A DNA stretch of 32,000 nt from Polynucleobacter parvulilacunae (GCF_018881715.1 NZ_JACVPW010000001.1:241337-273336); one strand, 5' to 3'; shown: positions 17,241-26,900, counted from the stretch's first letter. The notes: generated by a model not told the origin, from the letters alone. Program-made: numbers and translations.

Positions 17241-20200
17241 TTCTTGATCCTCTTAATAAGTTCAATTAAACGATCAAAGTGAATTTCTTCTTTAAGCTCA
17301 CCCCAATTATTTAATGCCCCGAACCGCTCATAGAGTTTGGGCAAAAGTAGCAAGGTTAATAAAGTTGATGTAATCAATCCACCAATCACCACAATCGCTA
17401 AGGGACGCTGAATTTCAGAACCTGGCCCCGTGGCAAAAAGAAGTGGAATCATTCCAAGGGCGGTAATAACTGCCGTCATCAGTACGGGGCGTAAACGCCT
17501 TTCAGTACCAAAGTGAATGACATCAGACATAGAGTCGCCTTTAACCAGACGCTCATTAAAGTGAGTGACCATCACCACCCCATTAAGGACGGCAATACCA
17601 AGTAATGCAATAAATCCGACCGATGCTGGCACAGAGAGGTATTGACCAGTTATGGTTAAAGCAACCACACCGCCAACCAATGCAAATGGGATATTAAGGA
17701 ATATGATCCCAGCCTGTATTGCCGAGCCAAAGGTCACCATCAGTATGGCGAAGATTAATCCCAATGCAATTGGGATCACAATAGCTAGCCTTGCAGCAGC
17801 CCTTTGTTGATTTTCAAACTGCCCTCCCCAAACCACATTGATAGTTTTAGGCAAGCTCAACGCAATCACTGCCGCCTGAGCATCCTTTACAAATCCTGCT
17901 AGATCTCTGCCATCAACTGACACTTGAATGCTAGCAAAGCGACTTGATTGCTCATGGTCAATCCGAATAGGTCCATCGATTTGCTTAATTTCAGCTAGTG
18001 ATGCTAATGGCCATGATTTGCCATCAGGCGCAGATATTAGCAAGTCGCTAAATGCTTCTGGGCTTGTACGAATGTAATCATTACCTCGAAGCACCAATGG
18101 CGTTCTGATGACACCATCTAAAACCACTCCAAGATTTTCACCCTCAATTTGATTACGTAATCGCTGCTGCAAGTCTTCAATCGAGAATCCAGCCTGCCCA
18201 GCCACGGTACGGTTAATCTTTAGGCTTAAGTACTGCATTCCTTCAGCACGAGGTGCAATTACCTCAGCCGCACCCTTAACATTCCGAACTGAGCCAGCTA
18301 TAGCTTGTGCAGCCTTATTAATTTCAACCAAATCACCGCCGAAAATTTTGATTGCCACATCACCGCGGGTTCCCGTAAGCATCTCGGAGACACGCATTTC
18401 AATGGGTTGGGTGAATCCATATACTAATCCAGGGAAATTCTCTAAGGTAGTCCTTAGCTTATTGGCAATATCGTCCTTGTTGCCAGACCATTCACTTTTA
18501 GGCTTGAGCACTAAAAACATATCCGTTTCATTTAAGCCCATAGGATCTAAACCCAAATCATCTGAACCTGCTCTGGCAACAATGGATTTGATCTCAGGAA
18601 CTTCTTTTAAAAATAACTGCTCCACCTGAGAATCAATGATGAGTGATTCATTTAAGGATATTGATGGGAGCTTTTGCAGCTGAACCAAGATGTCTCCTTC
18701 ATCTAGAGTAGGCATAAAGGTTTTTCCCACAATCATATAAAGAATTACCATCACACCCAACCCAATGCCAGAAGCCCTGTAAAGCCACTTGGTATTGCCC
18801 CAAACCTGATTGCGCCACTCAACATATTTCTCTGAAATCTTGCGCATGAACTTTGTCTCTTCATCTGCTTTACGCTCTAAAACAAATGAGGCTAAAGCGG
18901 GAATGACAGTAAATGCAATTAATAAGGATGAGGCGAGCGCCATAACAATTGTTAGCGCTACAGGTGAAAAGAGCTTGCCCTCCAAACCTTCAAGACTGAG
19001 CAATGGAAGAAAAACTACAGCAATAATCAATACACCAGCTACGACCGGCTTAACAACCTCATGAGTAGCAATGGAAATGATTTCCGTCTTACTTAATGCT
19101 TTTGATGTATTGGGATCAGCAAAGGCTGTTTCTACATTTTCAACCACCACCACCGCAGCATCAACCAACATACCAATAGCAATGGCTAATCCGCCCAAGC
19201 TCATCAAGTTGGCCGTTAGGCCGAATGCCTTCATTAAGATGAATGTAGAAAGTATTGAGAGCGGAAGGACAGCGGCAACCACCAGAGCGGCACGATACCC
19301 CCCTAAAAATAGATACAAAGTGATGCATACCAAAACGGTAGCTTCAAGCAAAGCCTTTGTTACAGTACCTGCTGCACGGGACACTAATTCACCACGGTTA
19401 TAGAAAGTATTTACGGTCATGCCTTTTGGCAACCTTGGTGCAATCTCAACTAGTTTTTGCTCAACCGAATCAACTAGAAGGCGAGCATTAGCGCCGCGCA
19501 AACCTAAGACCAAACCTTCTACTGCCTCTCCTTTTCCATCTTTAGTAACGGCGCCATAGCGAGTGGCCGACCCTAGGTGGACTGTAGCCACCTCATCGAG
19601 CATGACTGAGCCACCATTTGCTTTAGGGATCTGGATCTTTTTGACATCGTCCAGTTTTTTAACCGCTCCCTCAACACGAACTACTAACGTCTCCTCGCCT
19701 TGATCAATACGCCCAGCACCATCATTACTATTGTTAGTCATTACCGCTTTACGAAGATCTACCATCGTAATTCCACGAGCAGCCAATCGGGATGGATCCG
19801 GTATCACCTCATAAGTCAAAATCTCTCCGCCCAAGACATTGACTTCAGCCACACCAGGAATGGTTCGGAGCTCAGGCCGAATGATCCAGTCCAACACGGT
19901 GCGTTTATCTCTTAAGCTAAAGCCCTCACCCTCAAGAGTGAACATATAAATTTCACTTAAAGGGGTGGTAATTGGCGCCAGCCCACCAGTAGCGCCAGGC
20001 GGAAGGTCTTTTGTAAATGCATTCAAACGTTCCGAGATTTGCTGACGAGCCCAATAAATATCAGTACCATCGTCAAAATCAATCGTGATATCAGCAATGC
20101 CGTATTTAGATACCGATCTTACAATCCGCTTCTTAGGAATACTAAGCATTTCAATTTCAATCGGACGAACTACCCTCTGCTCAACCTCTTCAGGCGTCAT

Positions 20201-20365
20201 TCCCGGAATTTTCAGAATAATTTTGACTTGGGTTGGCGAGATATCCGGGAAGGCATCAATTGGCAGCGTCATCCATGCATGGATACCAAAAAGCACTAAT
20301 GCAATAGCCATTGCCAATACGAGCTTGCGAAAATGCAAACTCGCATCAATTAATTTAGTAAACAT
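17237..20365 (-). CDS. heavy-metal-efflux (HME) RND permease, CusA/CzcA family
   Basis: 1042 aa with an N-terminus (LPIDAFPDISPTQV ... YGIADITIDFDDGTDIYWARQQISERL) typical of CzcA/CusA. The TM4 motif GMLVDAAVVVVEN is closer to the CusA type. Confidence 0.95.
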   Translation of the reverse strand: MFTKLIDASLHFRKLVLAMAIALVLFGIHAWMTLPIDAFPDISPTQVKIILKIPGMTPEEVEQRVVRPIEIEMLSIPKKRIVRSVSKYGIADITIDFDDGTDIYWARQQISERLNAFTKDLPPGATGGLAPITTPLSEIYMFTLEGEGFSLRDKRTVLDWIIRPELRTIPGVAEVNVLGGEILTYEVIPDPSRLAARGITMVDLRKAVMTNNSNDGAGRIDQGEETLVVRVEGAVKKLDDVKKIQIPKANGGSVMLDEVATVHLGSATRYGAVTKDGKGEAVEGLVLGLRGANARLLVDSVEQKLVEIAPRLPKGMTVNTFYNRGELVSRAAGTVTKALLEATVLVCITLYLFLGGYRAALVVAAVLPLSILSTFILMKAFGLTANLMSLGGLAIAIGMLVDAAVVVVENVETAFADPNTSKALSKTEIISIATHEVVKPVVAGVLIIAVVFLPLLSLEGLEGKLFSPVALTIVMALASSLLIAFTVIPALASFVLERKADEETKFMRKISEKYVEWRNQVWGNTKWLYRASGIGLGVMVILYMIVGKTFMPTLDEGDILVQLQKLPSISLNESLIIDSQVEQLFLKEVPEIKSIVARAGSDDLGLDPMGLNETDMFLVLKPKSEWSGNKDDIANKLRTTLENFPGLVYGFTQPIEMRVSEMLTGTRGDVAIKIFGGDLVEINKAAQAIAGSVRNVKGAAEVIAPRAEGMQYLSLKINRTVAGQAGFSIEDLQQRLRNQIEGENLGVVLDGVIRTPLVLRGNDYIRTSPEAFSDLLISAPDGKSWPLASLAEIKQIDGPIRIDHEQSSRFASIQVSVDGRDLAGFVKDAQAAVIALSLPKTINVVWGGQFENQQRAAARLAIVIPIALGLIFAILMVTFGSAIQAGIIFLNIPFALVGGVVALTITGQYLSVPASVGFIALLGIAVLNGVVMVTHFNERLVKGDSMSDVIHFGTERRLRPVLMTAVITALGMIPLLFATGPGSEIQRPLAIVVIGGLITSTLLTLLLLPKLYERFGALNNWGELKEEIHFDRLIELIKRIKK

Positions 20366-21471
20366 TACTCGTCCTTCTGCGCAAGGGCTTTCAGAGAGGC
20401 AATACCCGTTACGGCGACTTTGACTCCATTTGAAAGTGGAGCTTGAATTGAGGCTAAGTCGTCGTCGCTTGAGATAACTGATACAGGCTGAAGAACAACG
20501 CCAGTACTAGATAGAATAAAAATAGCACTTTGACCTTTCCAACTAGTGATTGCTCTAGAAGGAACTTGCCATAAGGTTTTATCCTGCACTTTAGGCTTCA
20601 TCTTGGTCTGGATAGTTGCAGTAACAACCTCACCCATTTGCAATGTTCCGCGGTCCTCAACAACCGCCCTAACTCTAGCGGATTGAGATGCACTCACCGC
20701 CTGAGATACCCCAGTAACTTTTGCCTTTGCATTACGCGAAGCAATTACGATCTCGTCACCAGGCTGAATACCCATAGCTTTAAAGCCAGATGTATTAATT
20801 TCTAAATTGAGAGTTGAGATGTCGGCAATTCTAAATAGCAAGGTTCCAGTATCAACACGTTGACCGATTAAATTGTGAGCCTCTATTACAGTACCTGGGA
20901 TAGGAGACTTCAGAGCGCCGGTAGCATAAGAGTTAAAGGCCTCTTTGTTCTTAGGATCATCAAAGTTAATGCCTGCTGCCTTCAATTCAGATTGCCTTGC
21001 CATCAACATTGCATTAGCGTTCTCTGACTTTGCCTTAGTTATATTAAGACGAGACTGAGGAATAATGCCCTCTTTAAATAGCTCGTTGTCACGTACCAAA
21101 GCCTCTTTAGCCAAACGTGCATCAGATGTCGCCTCTAACAACATCCTTCTAGAATCACCCATCTGAGGACTTGTGAAATAAGCCAGTGGTGATCCCAACT
21201 TCACGATATCACCAATGCCCACAACCATTTGACTTAGTTGTCCAGGATAAGGGGCGGACAGGATTGCCTGCTTTTCGGGAGGCACTGTAACGGATGCGCT
21301 AACCAATACAGATCCAGCATCAACCGAAATTGCTGAGTAGAAATTAACGCCCATGGCAGCCTGTTGGCTAGCAGTTAGTTTTAATGCCTTGGGGGTAAAT
21401 TCTTGAGCAGAGAGATTTCCGCTCAATACAAGTGAACAAAGGAAAAGGGTAACAATACGAAATCGAAACAT
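20365..21471 (-). CDS. RND membrane-fusion (periplasmic adaptor) protein
   Basis: 368 aa with a signal peptide and lipoyl/hairpin/beta-barrel patterning. It overlaps the RND start by 1 nt. Confidence 0.85.
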   Translation of the reverse strand: MFRFRIVTLFLCSLVLSGNLSAQEFTPKALKLTASQQAAMGVNFYSAISVDAGSVLVSASVTVPPEKQAILSAPYPGQLSQMVVGIGDIVKLGSPLAYFTSPQMGDSRRMLLEATSDARLAKEALVRDNELFKEGIIPQSRLNITKAKSENANAMLMARQSELKAAGINFDDPKNKEAFNSYATGALKSPIPGTVIEAHNLIGQRVDTGTLLFRIADISTLNLEINTSGFKAMGIQPGDEIVIASRNAKAKVTGVSQAVSASQSARVRAVVEDRGTLQMGEVVTATIQTKMKPKVQDKTLWQVPSRAITSWKGQSAIFILSSTGVVLQPVSVISSDDDLASIQAPLSNGVKVAVTGIASLKALAQKDE

Positions 21472-21534
21472 AACAACCTCTAGAAACAGTACTAACTAAA
21501 TCCAAGAAACGTGAGCAAGTCACGCCAGAGAAAT

Positions 21535-21945
21535 TTAGAGGTCTAGAGGCGGAGCCAAAGAAAGGGGTGGTGAACTTTGGGCGTGCCTTTGAAAAGCGAA
21601 TCTATCAACGCTACAAAAATAGTAAATTTGTTTTAGACAACTGACTGCATAAACCAAGGCAAACAGGGTTAAAGCATAAAAACTTAGGATGAGGAGATCA
21701 AATTTTTCACTTTGACGAGAAGCGGGAACGCCTACCTCAGGAGATTCTTCCGTGGTACTCGTGAAAAAAACTTTGGCAGACTCAGATGCGGCGGAAGATT
21801 CAAAACCAGTACTGGCTACATGAAGGTGAAGACCGAACTGACTTGAGGCACCAGTATGAGCATGTAGAAATGGTGTCAATACCTGCAAAACTACTGCCAG
21901 CAGAAATATGACAACAAGAAGAGGCTTAGACCGCAATAAAGACAT
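21535..21945 (-). CDS. small membrane protein with a His-rich segment, first gene of the efflux operon
   Basis: N-terminal TM helix followed by FLHAHTGASSQFGLHLHV, then a second TM helix. Function unknown. Confidence 0.45.
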   Translation of the reverse strand: MSLLRSKPLLVVIFLLAVVLQVLTPFLHAHTGASSQFGLHLHVASTGFESSAASESAKVFFTSTTEESPEVGVPASRQSEKFDLLILSFYALTLFALVYAVSCLKQIYYFCSVDRFAFQRHAQSSPPLSLAPPLDL

Positions 21946-22143
21946 ACTTTAATTCTACACCCCTAACATTTCACTTTAAAGACCAATCAACAAATAAAAG
22001 CGGTCCTTAATTTTATAGATAAATCAATAATGAGAACCATTCGTAAAAAGATATTAGGCTCATCATTATTTTTTACCCCATGCAAGAATAGACACTTCGG
22101 ATTGAATGGAAACAACACTTAATTTATACGAGGAAAAATAATT

Positions 22144-22380
22144 ATGATGACTTCCTTTGCACTTCTTCTATTTTCGCTTGCTATCTTAGCGCTGGTTTCA
22201 TTGTTTGGTGGGTGCAGATCCAGAAGGCGTTACCTTATTGATTCTTATGGATTAGATATCATCAAACTTAAAGCATTAAGCTGCTTAGAGCTAAAAGAGC
22301 TTCACGACAAAGTTCATGCTCTTCAAAAACATGAAGATGCAATTGCGATTAGTACATTATTAAAATTTTATAGGGCATAA
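22144..22380 (+). CDS. hypothetical small membrane protein (78 aa)
   Basis: ORF with an N-terminal TM helix and an upstream GAGGAAAAATAATT. This is weak support. Confidence 0.3.
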   Translation: MMTSFALLLFSLAILALVSLFGGCRSRRRYLIDSYGLDIIKLKALSCLELKELHDKVHALQKHEDAIAISTLLKFYRA

Positions 22381-22406
22381 CTTTAATTAAAAAAGTAAAC
22401 GAACAA

Positions 22407-23588
22407 TCAATTCCTAAATGTCCTACCCTTGTACACCCAAGTAGCCATCAATAGGAAAGCCACCAAGGCGCAGCTACCTGAAAATAAGAATGCATATAAC
22501 GGAGAAATAGATTCGTATACCCAACCAAAGATAAATGAAGCTGGAAATAACATTAATCCAGTAATTAAATTGAACCAACCAAAGGCTGTGCCAGCCAACC
22601 CTTTAGGAGCCATGTCTGCCACCAAGGCTTTCTCAACACCTTCAGTAGCTGCTTTAAATAATCCATAGATTCCAAAGAGCGCAAATATTTGATAGACAGA
22701 TATACCAGGCAAACCCATCGCGATATAGAAAAAAGCAAAAGCAATCCAAGCAATCAAAATAAACCGCTTACGGCCAAAGGTGTCTGATAGTGCCGACAAG
22801 GGGGTACCGAACAAGGTCGTAATTAAGGAGATTGCCGCCCATAAGAGTGGAATTTGTTCTTGTGGAACTCCCGCTTCTCTTGCCCTTAATAACAAAAACA
22901 TGTCGGATGAATTAGCCAAAGCAAAAATGCCCGCCACCACAAGATATCTTTTAAATTGATCTGGCATACCTTCAAGCGACCAGCTAAATTTACTTGCTTG
23001 TGGGGCCGCCTCTCGCTTTGGCTCTTTGATACACAAAGCAAGGGTAATAGTGATTACAGCTGGAACAATGGCCCATAGAAAGATATCTTTGAGGGGTACA
23101 CCCATAGATAAAAACATAGCGGCCAGCAGTGGGCCGATGACTGCTCCGGCGTTATCCATTGACCTATGTAGGCCATAGGTAACACCTCGTTGATTCTCAT
23201 TTACGCTCTCAGCCAAAAGAGCGTCACGGGGAGAGCTTCGAAGACCTTTACCCATGCGATCAGTAAAGCGAATTGCTAACACCCATAGCCATGAATTCGC
23301 AATAGCAATAAGCGGTCGCCCAATGCCCGCTAATGTGTAGCCCAACACAATCCAAGGCTTGGCTTTCTTAGTGCGATCAACAATGACGCCCGAAACTAAT
23401 TTGAAAATACTTGAAGTAGCTTCAGCAATGCCCTCAATAATGCCTAGTGCTTTGGGTCCGGCCATCAAGACTGAGGCTAGATATAAAGGCATTAATGGAT
23501 ACAGCATTTCGCTGGCCGAATCATTTACCAGGCTAATGAGACCAATGAGCCAAACGGTGCGAGGAAGAGCAAGAATTGTTTTAAACAT
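22407..23588 (-). CDS. MFS transporter
   Basis: 393 aa with about 12 hydrophobic segments and the MFS loop motif DRMGKGLRSSPRDA. Confidence 0.85.
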   Translation of the reverse strand: MFKTILALPRTVWLIGLISLVNDSASEMLYPLMPLYLASVLMAGPKALGIIEGIAEATSSIFKLVSGVIVDRTKKAKPWIVLGYTLAGIGRPLIAIANSWLWVLAIRFTDRMGKGLRSSPRDALLAESVNENQRGVTYGLHRSMDNAGAVIGPLLAAMFLSMGVPLKDIFLWAIVPAVITITLALCIKEPKREAAPQASKFSWSLEGMPDQFKRYLVVAGIFALANSSDMFLLLRAREAGVPQEQIPLLWAAISLITTLFGTPLSALSDTFGRKRFILIAWIAFAFFYIAMGLPGISVYQIFALFGIYGLFKAATEGVEKALVADMAPKGLAGTAFGWFNLITGLMLFPASFIFGWVYESISPLYAFLFSGSCALVAFLLMATWVYKGRTFRN

Positions 23589-23612
23589 TACAAGCTCAAT
23601 TTACTCTTGTTT

Positions 23613-23629
23613 TGTCGTTTTAAACGACA
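23613..23629. repeat. palindrome S7 (17/17)
   Basis: Exact copy between the MarR-like stop (23694) and the MFS start (23588), ending 24 bp upstream of the MFS ATG. Confidence 0.9.
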
Positions 23630-23693
23630 TGGACTGCGTAGGGACGGAGAATTGATTTTGCCCTTTTAAAGAGCAACTCTTGATGAGTTCCGC

Positions 23694-24047
23694 CTAACTC
23701 CCTTTTATTGCTTTTTCCAAGCAAACCGATAATTGCTCGTAATATTTGAATGCTTTTGCTGTGGGAGCTACGCACTTCTTTCGGCCATCGGTTTTATCTT
23801 CAGTTAACTTCACATAACCCATCGCAACGAGATTCTTTAGGCGACCATGGAGTGTAGCTTGAGAGCCAAATTGGCTCAGCTGAATTAAGTCACCTACTAA
23901 AAGCTCTTTATCCCGCGAAGCTGATAAAGAGATGTGATTTAAGAGTTGCTCTTCGGTAGAATCCAGTTTCTTACCTGGGTTCATGCAATCTAGAGCATTC
24001 AAGCAATTCAAAAAACGAATATAAGGAGATGATTTGATAGATTTCAT
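23694..24047 (-). CDS. winged-helix transcriptional regulator, MarR-like
   Basis: 117 aa. The segment LLVGDLIQLSQFGSQATLHGRLKNLVAMGYVKLTEDKTDGRKK fits an HTH plus wing. Confidence 0.6.
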   Translation of the reverse strand: MKSIKSSPYIRFLNCLNALDCMNPGKKLDSTEEQLLNHISLSASRDKELLVGDLIQLSQFGSQATLHGRLKNLVAMGYVKLTEDKTDGRKKCVAPTAKAFKYYEQLSVCLEKAIKGS

Positions 24048-24174
24048 CTATAGATTTTAATCGCACGAGTATTGCTTTTGCATTTCTAAGATGGCTCAGG
24101 CCAGAATCGACCCGCCACAGGCACTTTCAATTCCCGCCTCTGCCAACAGTAATTTGCCGATAGCCGCCATACGA

Positions 24175-24271
24175 TGTCGTTCAAAACGACACTTCATTAC
24201 ACGCTCATTTAAATCATTTGCAACCGCTTAAATTACTTGCTGAAATTATTAGTGCGATCTATTACTACTCC
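24175..24271 (+). repeat. 97-bp composite repeat R8 (includes palindrome S8, 24175..24191, A-centred, 16/17)
   Basis: TGTCGTTCAAAACGACACTTCATTACACGC - 38-nt variable middle - AAATTATTAGTGCGATCTATTACTACTCC. Confidence 0.85.
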
Positions 24272-24320
24272 TAGGCTCTATTTAACGGCCGCTTAAGACC
24301 CAAAGAGCGGCCATAACAAG

Positions 24321-24341
24321 AAAAACCGCCCGAAGGCGGTT
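24321..24341 (-). terminator. rho-independent terminator
   Basis: The minus strand reads ACCGCC-TTCG-GGCGGT followed by TTTTT, 20 bp after the stop codon of the Met-rich membrane protein gene. Confidence 0.75.
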
Positions 24342-24361
24342 TAGATTCGACGCAAATTTGA

Positions 24362-25066
24362 TTAATGGTTATGCCCTGAATTACCCATAGGCATATTTTG
24401 TTGCATCTGCTGGGGCATTTGTCCGCTGCCCATTGGCATATTCCCACCATTCATAGGCATTTGCTTTTGCATCTGCTTAATTTGTGCAGGAGTCATGTTG
24501 CCCATCATCTGTTGGTGCATTTGCATCATTTGTGAATGCATTGAAGGATCGCATTGCTCATACCTTGAATTGCCACTCATTTGATGGGTATCAGCACCTT
24601 TATAGCCAAGTAATGATGGGTCCAGCATTCCTGAAATCATAGCGATATGCCCAAATACTAGGAATAAGGCAACGCAGATTGCATGAATCTTTAACTTACC
24701 TATTTGGTCTAGCTTTTGATTCACAAAACCAAACTCTTGCAAGGCAATCCAAATTAATGGCAAGCCACCAATGAGGTAACTGCCAACGGCAACTACATCA
24801 ATTACCGTTCTCCATTCACCACCCTTAGTAATAGGAACAACTGCGGTAGTCATCAAATAGGCAATGATGCCAATAAAGTACAGTCCAACCGTTGTGCCTG
24901 AAAAGCGGTTGAGGTGATACACAAAGCCATCAAACTTACGAGTAAAGAGGATATACAGCTCAGTGATTGCCAATGTCTCAGCAAGTACTATCGGTATAGC
25001 CATAAAGATGAGCAGATTCCAGGGCTGGTTGTCTGCCAATAACTGCATATAGTGAGTCATATTCAT
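24362..25066 (-). CDS. polytopic membrane protein with a Met/Gln/His-rich C-terminal tail (putative Cu(I)-handling)
   Basis: Start moved to MNMTHY (ATG at 25064..25066, preceded by GGAGATTTAGTA). The ORF-track start at 25114 is a TTG. The roughly 60-aa tail reads MHSQMMQMHQQMMGNM...MPMGSGQMPQQMQQNMPMGNSGHNH. Confidence 0.65.
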   Translation of the reverse strand: MNMTHYMQLLADNQPWNLLIFMAIPIVLAETLAITELYILFTRKFDGFVYHLNRFSGTTVGLYFIGIIAYLMTTAVVPITKGGEWRTVIDVVAVGSYLIGGLPLIWIALQEFGFVNQKLDQIGKLKIHAICVALFLVFGHIAMISGMLDPSLLGYKGADTHQMSGNSRYEQCDPSMHSQMMQMHQQMMGNMTPAQIKQMQKQMPMNGGNMPMGSGQMPQQMQQNMPMGNSGHNH

Positions 25067-25124
25067 TACTAAATCTCCAAAACATAAATTATCAAAACGA
25101 CAAAAGTCGTCCAATCAGAAGTGA

Positions 25125-25460
25125 TTACAGATATTGTTTTGGTGGCTTGTAGATCGATTCAGTAATATTGGAAATAGACTTGGGTGTTTCACCAAGCAAA
25201 TAGACGTCAGATGATTCGTTAAGTGCAAAAGTAACTGGGTTATTTAAAACCGCAATAGATGAACAGCAATAGTGGCTAACACTTAACTTGCTAACTGGCT
25301 GAGATTCATCATGAGATGCAGAAGCAACAGCCTCCTCGCAGTGACTATGAGAAGCAGTCTGCATGGCATGGGAAGATTCTCCTGATGCAATAGGCATTGT
25401 GCTGGCATTAACCATGCCAACTATGAAACTCAGAAAGAGCATTACTGCAATCTTCTTCAT
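25125..25460 (-). CDS. secreted His/Cys-rich protein
   Basis: Signal peptide MKKIAVMLFLSFIVGMVNA, then ESSHAMQTASHSHCEE...SHYCCSS. Confidence 0.5.
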   Translation of the reverse strand: MKKIAVMLFLSFIVGMVNASTMPIASGESSHAMQTASHSHCEEAVASASHDESQPVSKLSVSHYCCSSIAVLNNPVTFALNESSDVYLLGETPKSISNITESIYKPPKQYL

Positions 25461-25500
25461 ATACCTATTTTAAGCCCTTATAGCCAATTAAGCTTGGGGA

Positions 25501-25764
25501 TCAGCCACAGCAGCAGCCACCACTGTTTTTCTGGGCGGGAGCAGCAGATTGTTCATCCAAGTCTAAGCTAGATGGGTAGCCCTCTTCATCCAAGGCATGG
25601 ATAAGGTCACCAGATTGATCTGTCGTTCTACCAACTTGCACACGACCAGACTGTAAATCCACATGAACACTTTCAACACCATCCAACACTTCAAGAGCTT
25701 TGGTTACATGCTTTACACATGAACCACAAGTCATACCCTGCACACTTAAATTGATTTGAGGCAT
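25501..25764 (-). CDS. heavy-metal-associated (HMA) domain protein, CopZ/MerP-like, with a C-terminal Cys cluster
   Basis: GMTCGSCVKHV metal-binding loop within a ferredoxin-like fold pattern. The tail ends in GGCCCG. Confidence 0.85.
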   Translation of the reverse strand: MPQINLSVQGMTCGSCVKHVTKALEVLDGVESVHVDLQSGRVQVGRTTDQSGDLIHALDEEGYPSSLDLDEQSAAPAQKNSGGCCCG

Positions 25765-25800
25765 AGCACTCTCCCTTACTTTATCTATACCTATATATGG

Positions 25801-25923
25801 TTACTTTTTTGTAAAAAACAAGTACTTACATAGGGCTGCTATCGAAAGAATGAGGGCAATTAAGACCAAAACCCCGACCAATCCCATTCCACCCATCATT
25901 GAGCCATCCATGAATTGATTCAT
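25801..25923 (-). CDS. possible 40-aa Met-rich single-TM peptide, not in the ORF track
   Basis: MNQFMDGSMMGGMGLVGVLVLIALILSIAALCKYLFFTKK, preceded by a strong SD (GGAGG, 5-nt spacer). Confidence 0.4.
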   Translation of the reverse strand: MNQFMDGSMMGGMGLVGVLVLIALILSIAALCKYLFFTKK

Positions 25924-26018
25924 ATCAACCTCCATTAGGCTAAGTGCCTAGTTTCATCCTATGCCTATCTAGGCAGCATGTCTAGGTTTCATTTAAGTGA
26001 GTTTGCGAAAATCAGGGG

Positions 26019-26264
26019 TTATGCGAAACCTGAAGTTCTTATCAGAAGATTGGCTAAACGATCAACCACTTCACACCAGTCAGAATCCTCTGCTTTTGCC
26101 TCAATCAAAAAAGTCCTTTGGTCAGGAGCCCAAAAAATTGCATCTTCTAAGATTGAACCTGGCTTCATTTGATGTTTTTCAATGAACCGCCCCATATGAA
26201 TCTTTTGAGAGGACAGTCCAAGTTGCTCAAACAATTCTTCAAGGGTTCTAGTGTTGGCATTCAT
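26019..26264 (-). CDS. small cytoplasmic protein (DUF2789-like)
   Basis: 81 aa. The pattern LFEQLGL...FIEKH....L.DA.FW...Q..FL.EA...DS.W.EVVD.L is as I remember this family. Confidence 0.5.
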   Translation of the reverse strand: MNANTRTLEELFEQLGLSSQKIHMGRFIEKHQMKPGSILEDAIFWAPDQRTFLIEAKAEDSDWCEVVDRLANLLIRTSGFA

Positions 26265-26285
26265 GAAAGCCTCCTTTTTGAGCTT

Positions 26286-26900
26286 TTATTCCATCCTACA
26301 AAAGCAATATAAGAATTGTTGGGTAGTGCCCATTGGTGTTTTATGGGTTTCAGTTGAACTATTAATGAGCTTAAAAGTCTTGCCAAACTGTCCATGGAGA
26401 TTCTCTGAGTCATAGCGAACGACATCCAACCCACTACATTTCTCAGGGCCATCTGGACCAAAAGTGGACATAATCACATAACCACCATGCTTAACAGAGC
26501 GCATCACTTGCTCTACATATCTGGCTCGCTGAGCTTCTTCCGTTAAAAAGTGAAATACAGCTCTGTCGTGCCAAACATCAAAATAATTCTGAGGAAGCGT
26601 TGCCTGAGTAATATCAGCACAATACCAATGTACTTCTTCTGCTGACTTTCCCAGCCTTTCTCTAGCGACATCAATTGCTTTCTGAGAAATATCTAAAACA
26701 CTGATGTCTTGGTAACCCTCAAATAAAAGGTCGTCAACTAAAGTAGCTTCGCCGCCACCGATGTCAATAATCGCGGCATCTTTATTGGCTGTTGCTTTAT
26801 GAATGAGATTTAAGGAAGTTTCAAGATGGGGCGTATACCAACTGACAGCATCTGGTGCCTTAGTGCCGTAGACTTTTTCCCAGTGTTCTTTGTTATCCAT
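26286..26900 (-). CDS. class I SAM-dependent methyltransferase
   Basis: Motif I IIDIGGGEATL followed by the acidic loop VLDIS, in a 204-aa Rossmann-type protein. Confidence 0.8.
   Translation of the reverse strand: MDNKEHWEKVYGTKAPDAVSWYTPHLETSLNLIHKATANKDAAIIDIGGGEATLVDDLLFEGYQDISVLDISQKAIDVARERLGKSAEEVHWYCADITQATLPQNYFDVWHDRAVFHFLTEEAQRARYVEQVMRSVKHGGYVIMSTFGPDGPEKCSGLDVVRYDSENLHGQFGKTFKLINSSTETHKTPMGTTQQFLYCFCRME

Noticed and set aside
25095-25110. AAACGACAAAAGTCGT, which looks like permuted half-sites of the palindrome upstream of the Met-rich protein gene
   Set aside because: Only 5-bp arms (ACGAC/GTCGT) pair, and an 8-mer half-site is expected about once per window by chance. It is not counted as a site.
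5405-26461. Other shadow ORFs in the island: 5405..5587, 6811..7053, 7336..7551, 7873..8055, 9534..9833, 13426..13716, 13487..13675, 14175..14444, 14866..15048, 16279..16527, 18348..20423 series, 22429..22753, 23359..23655, 25978..26185, 26261..26461
   Set aside because: Each is nested in, or antisense to, a longer ORF with better support from motifs, SD sequences or operon context.
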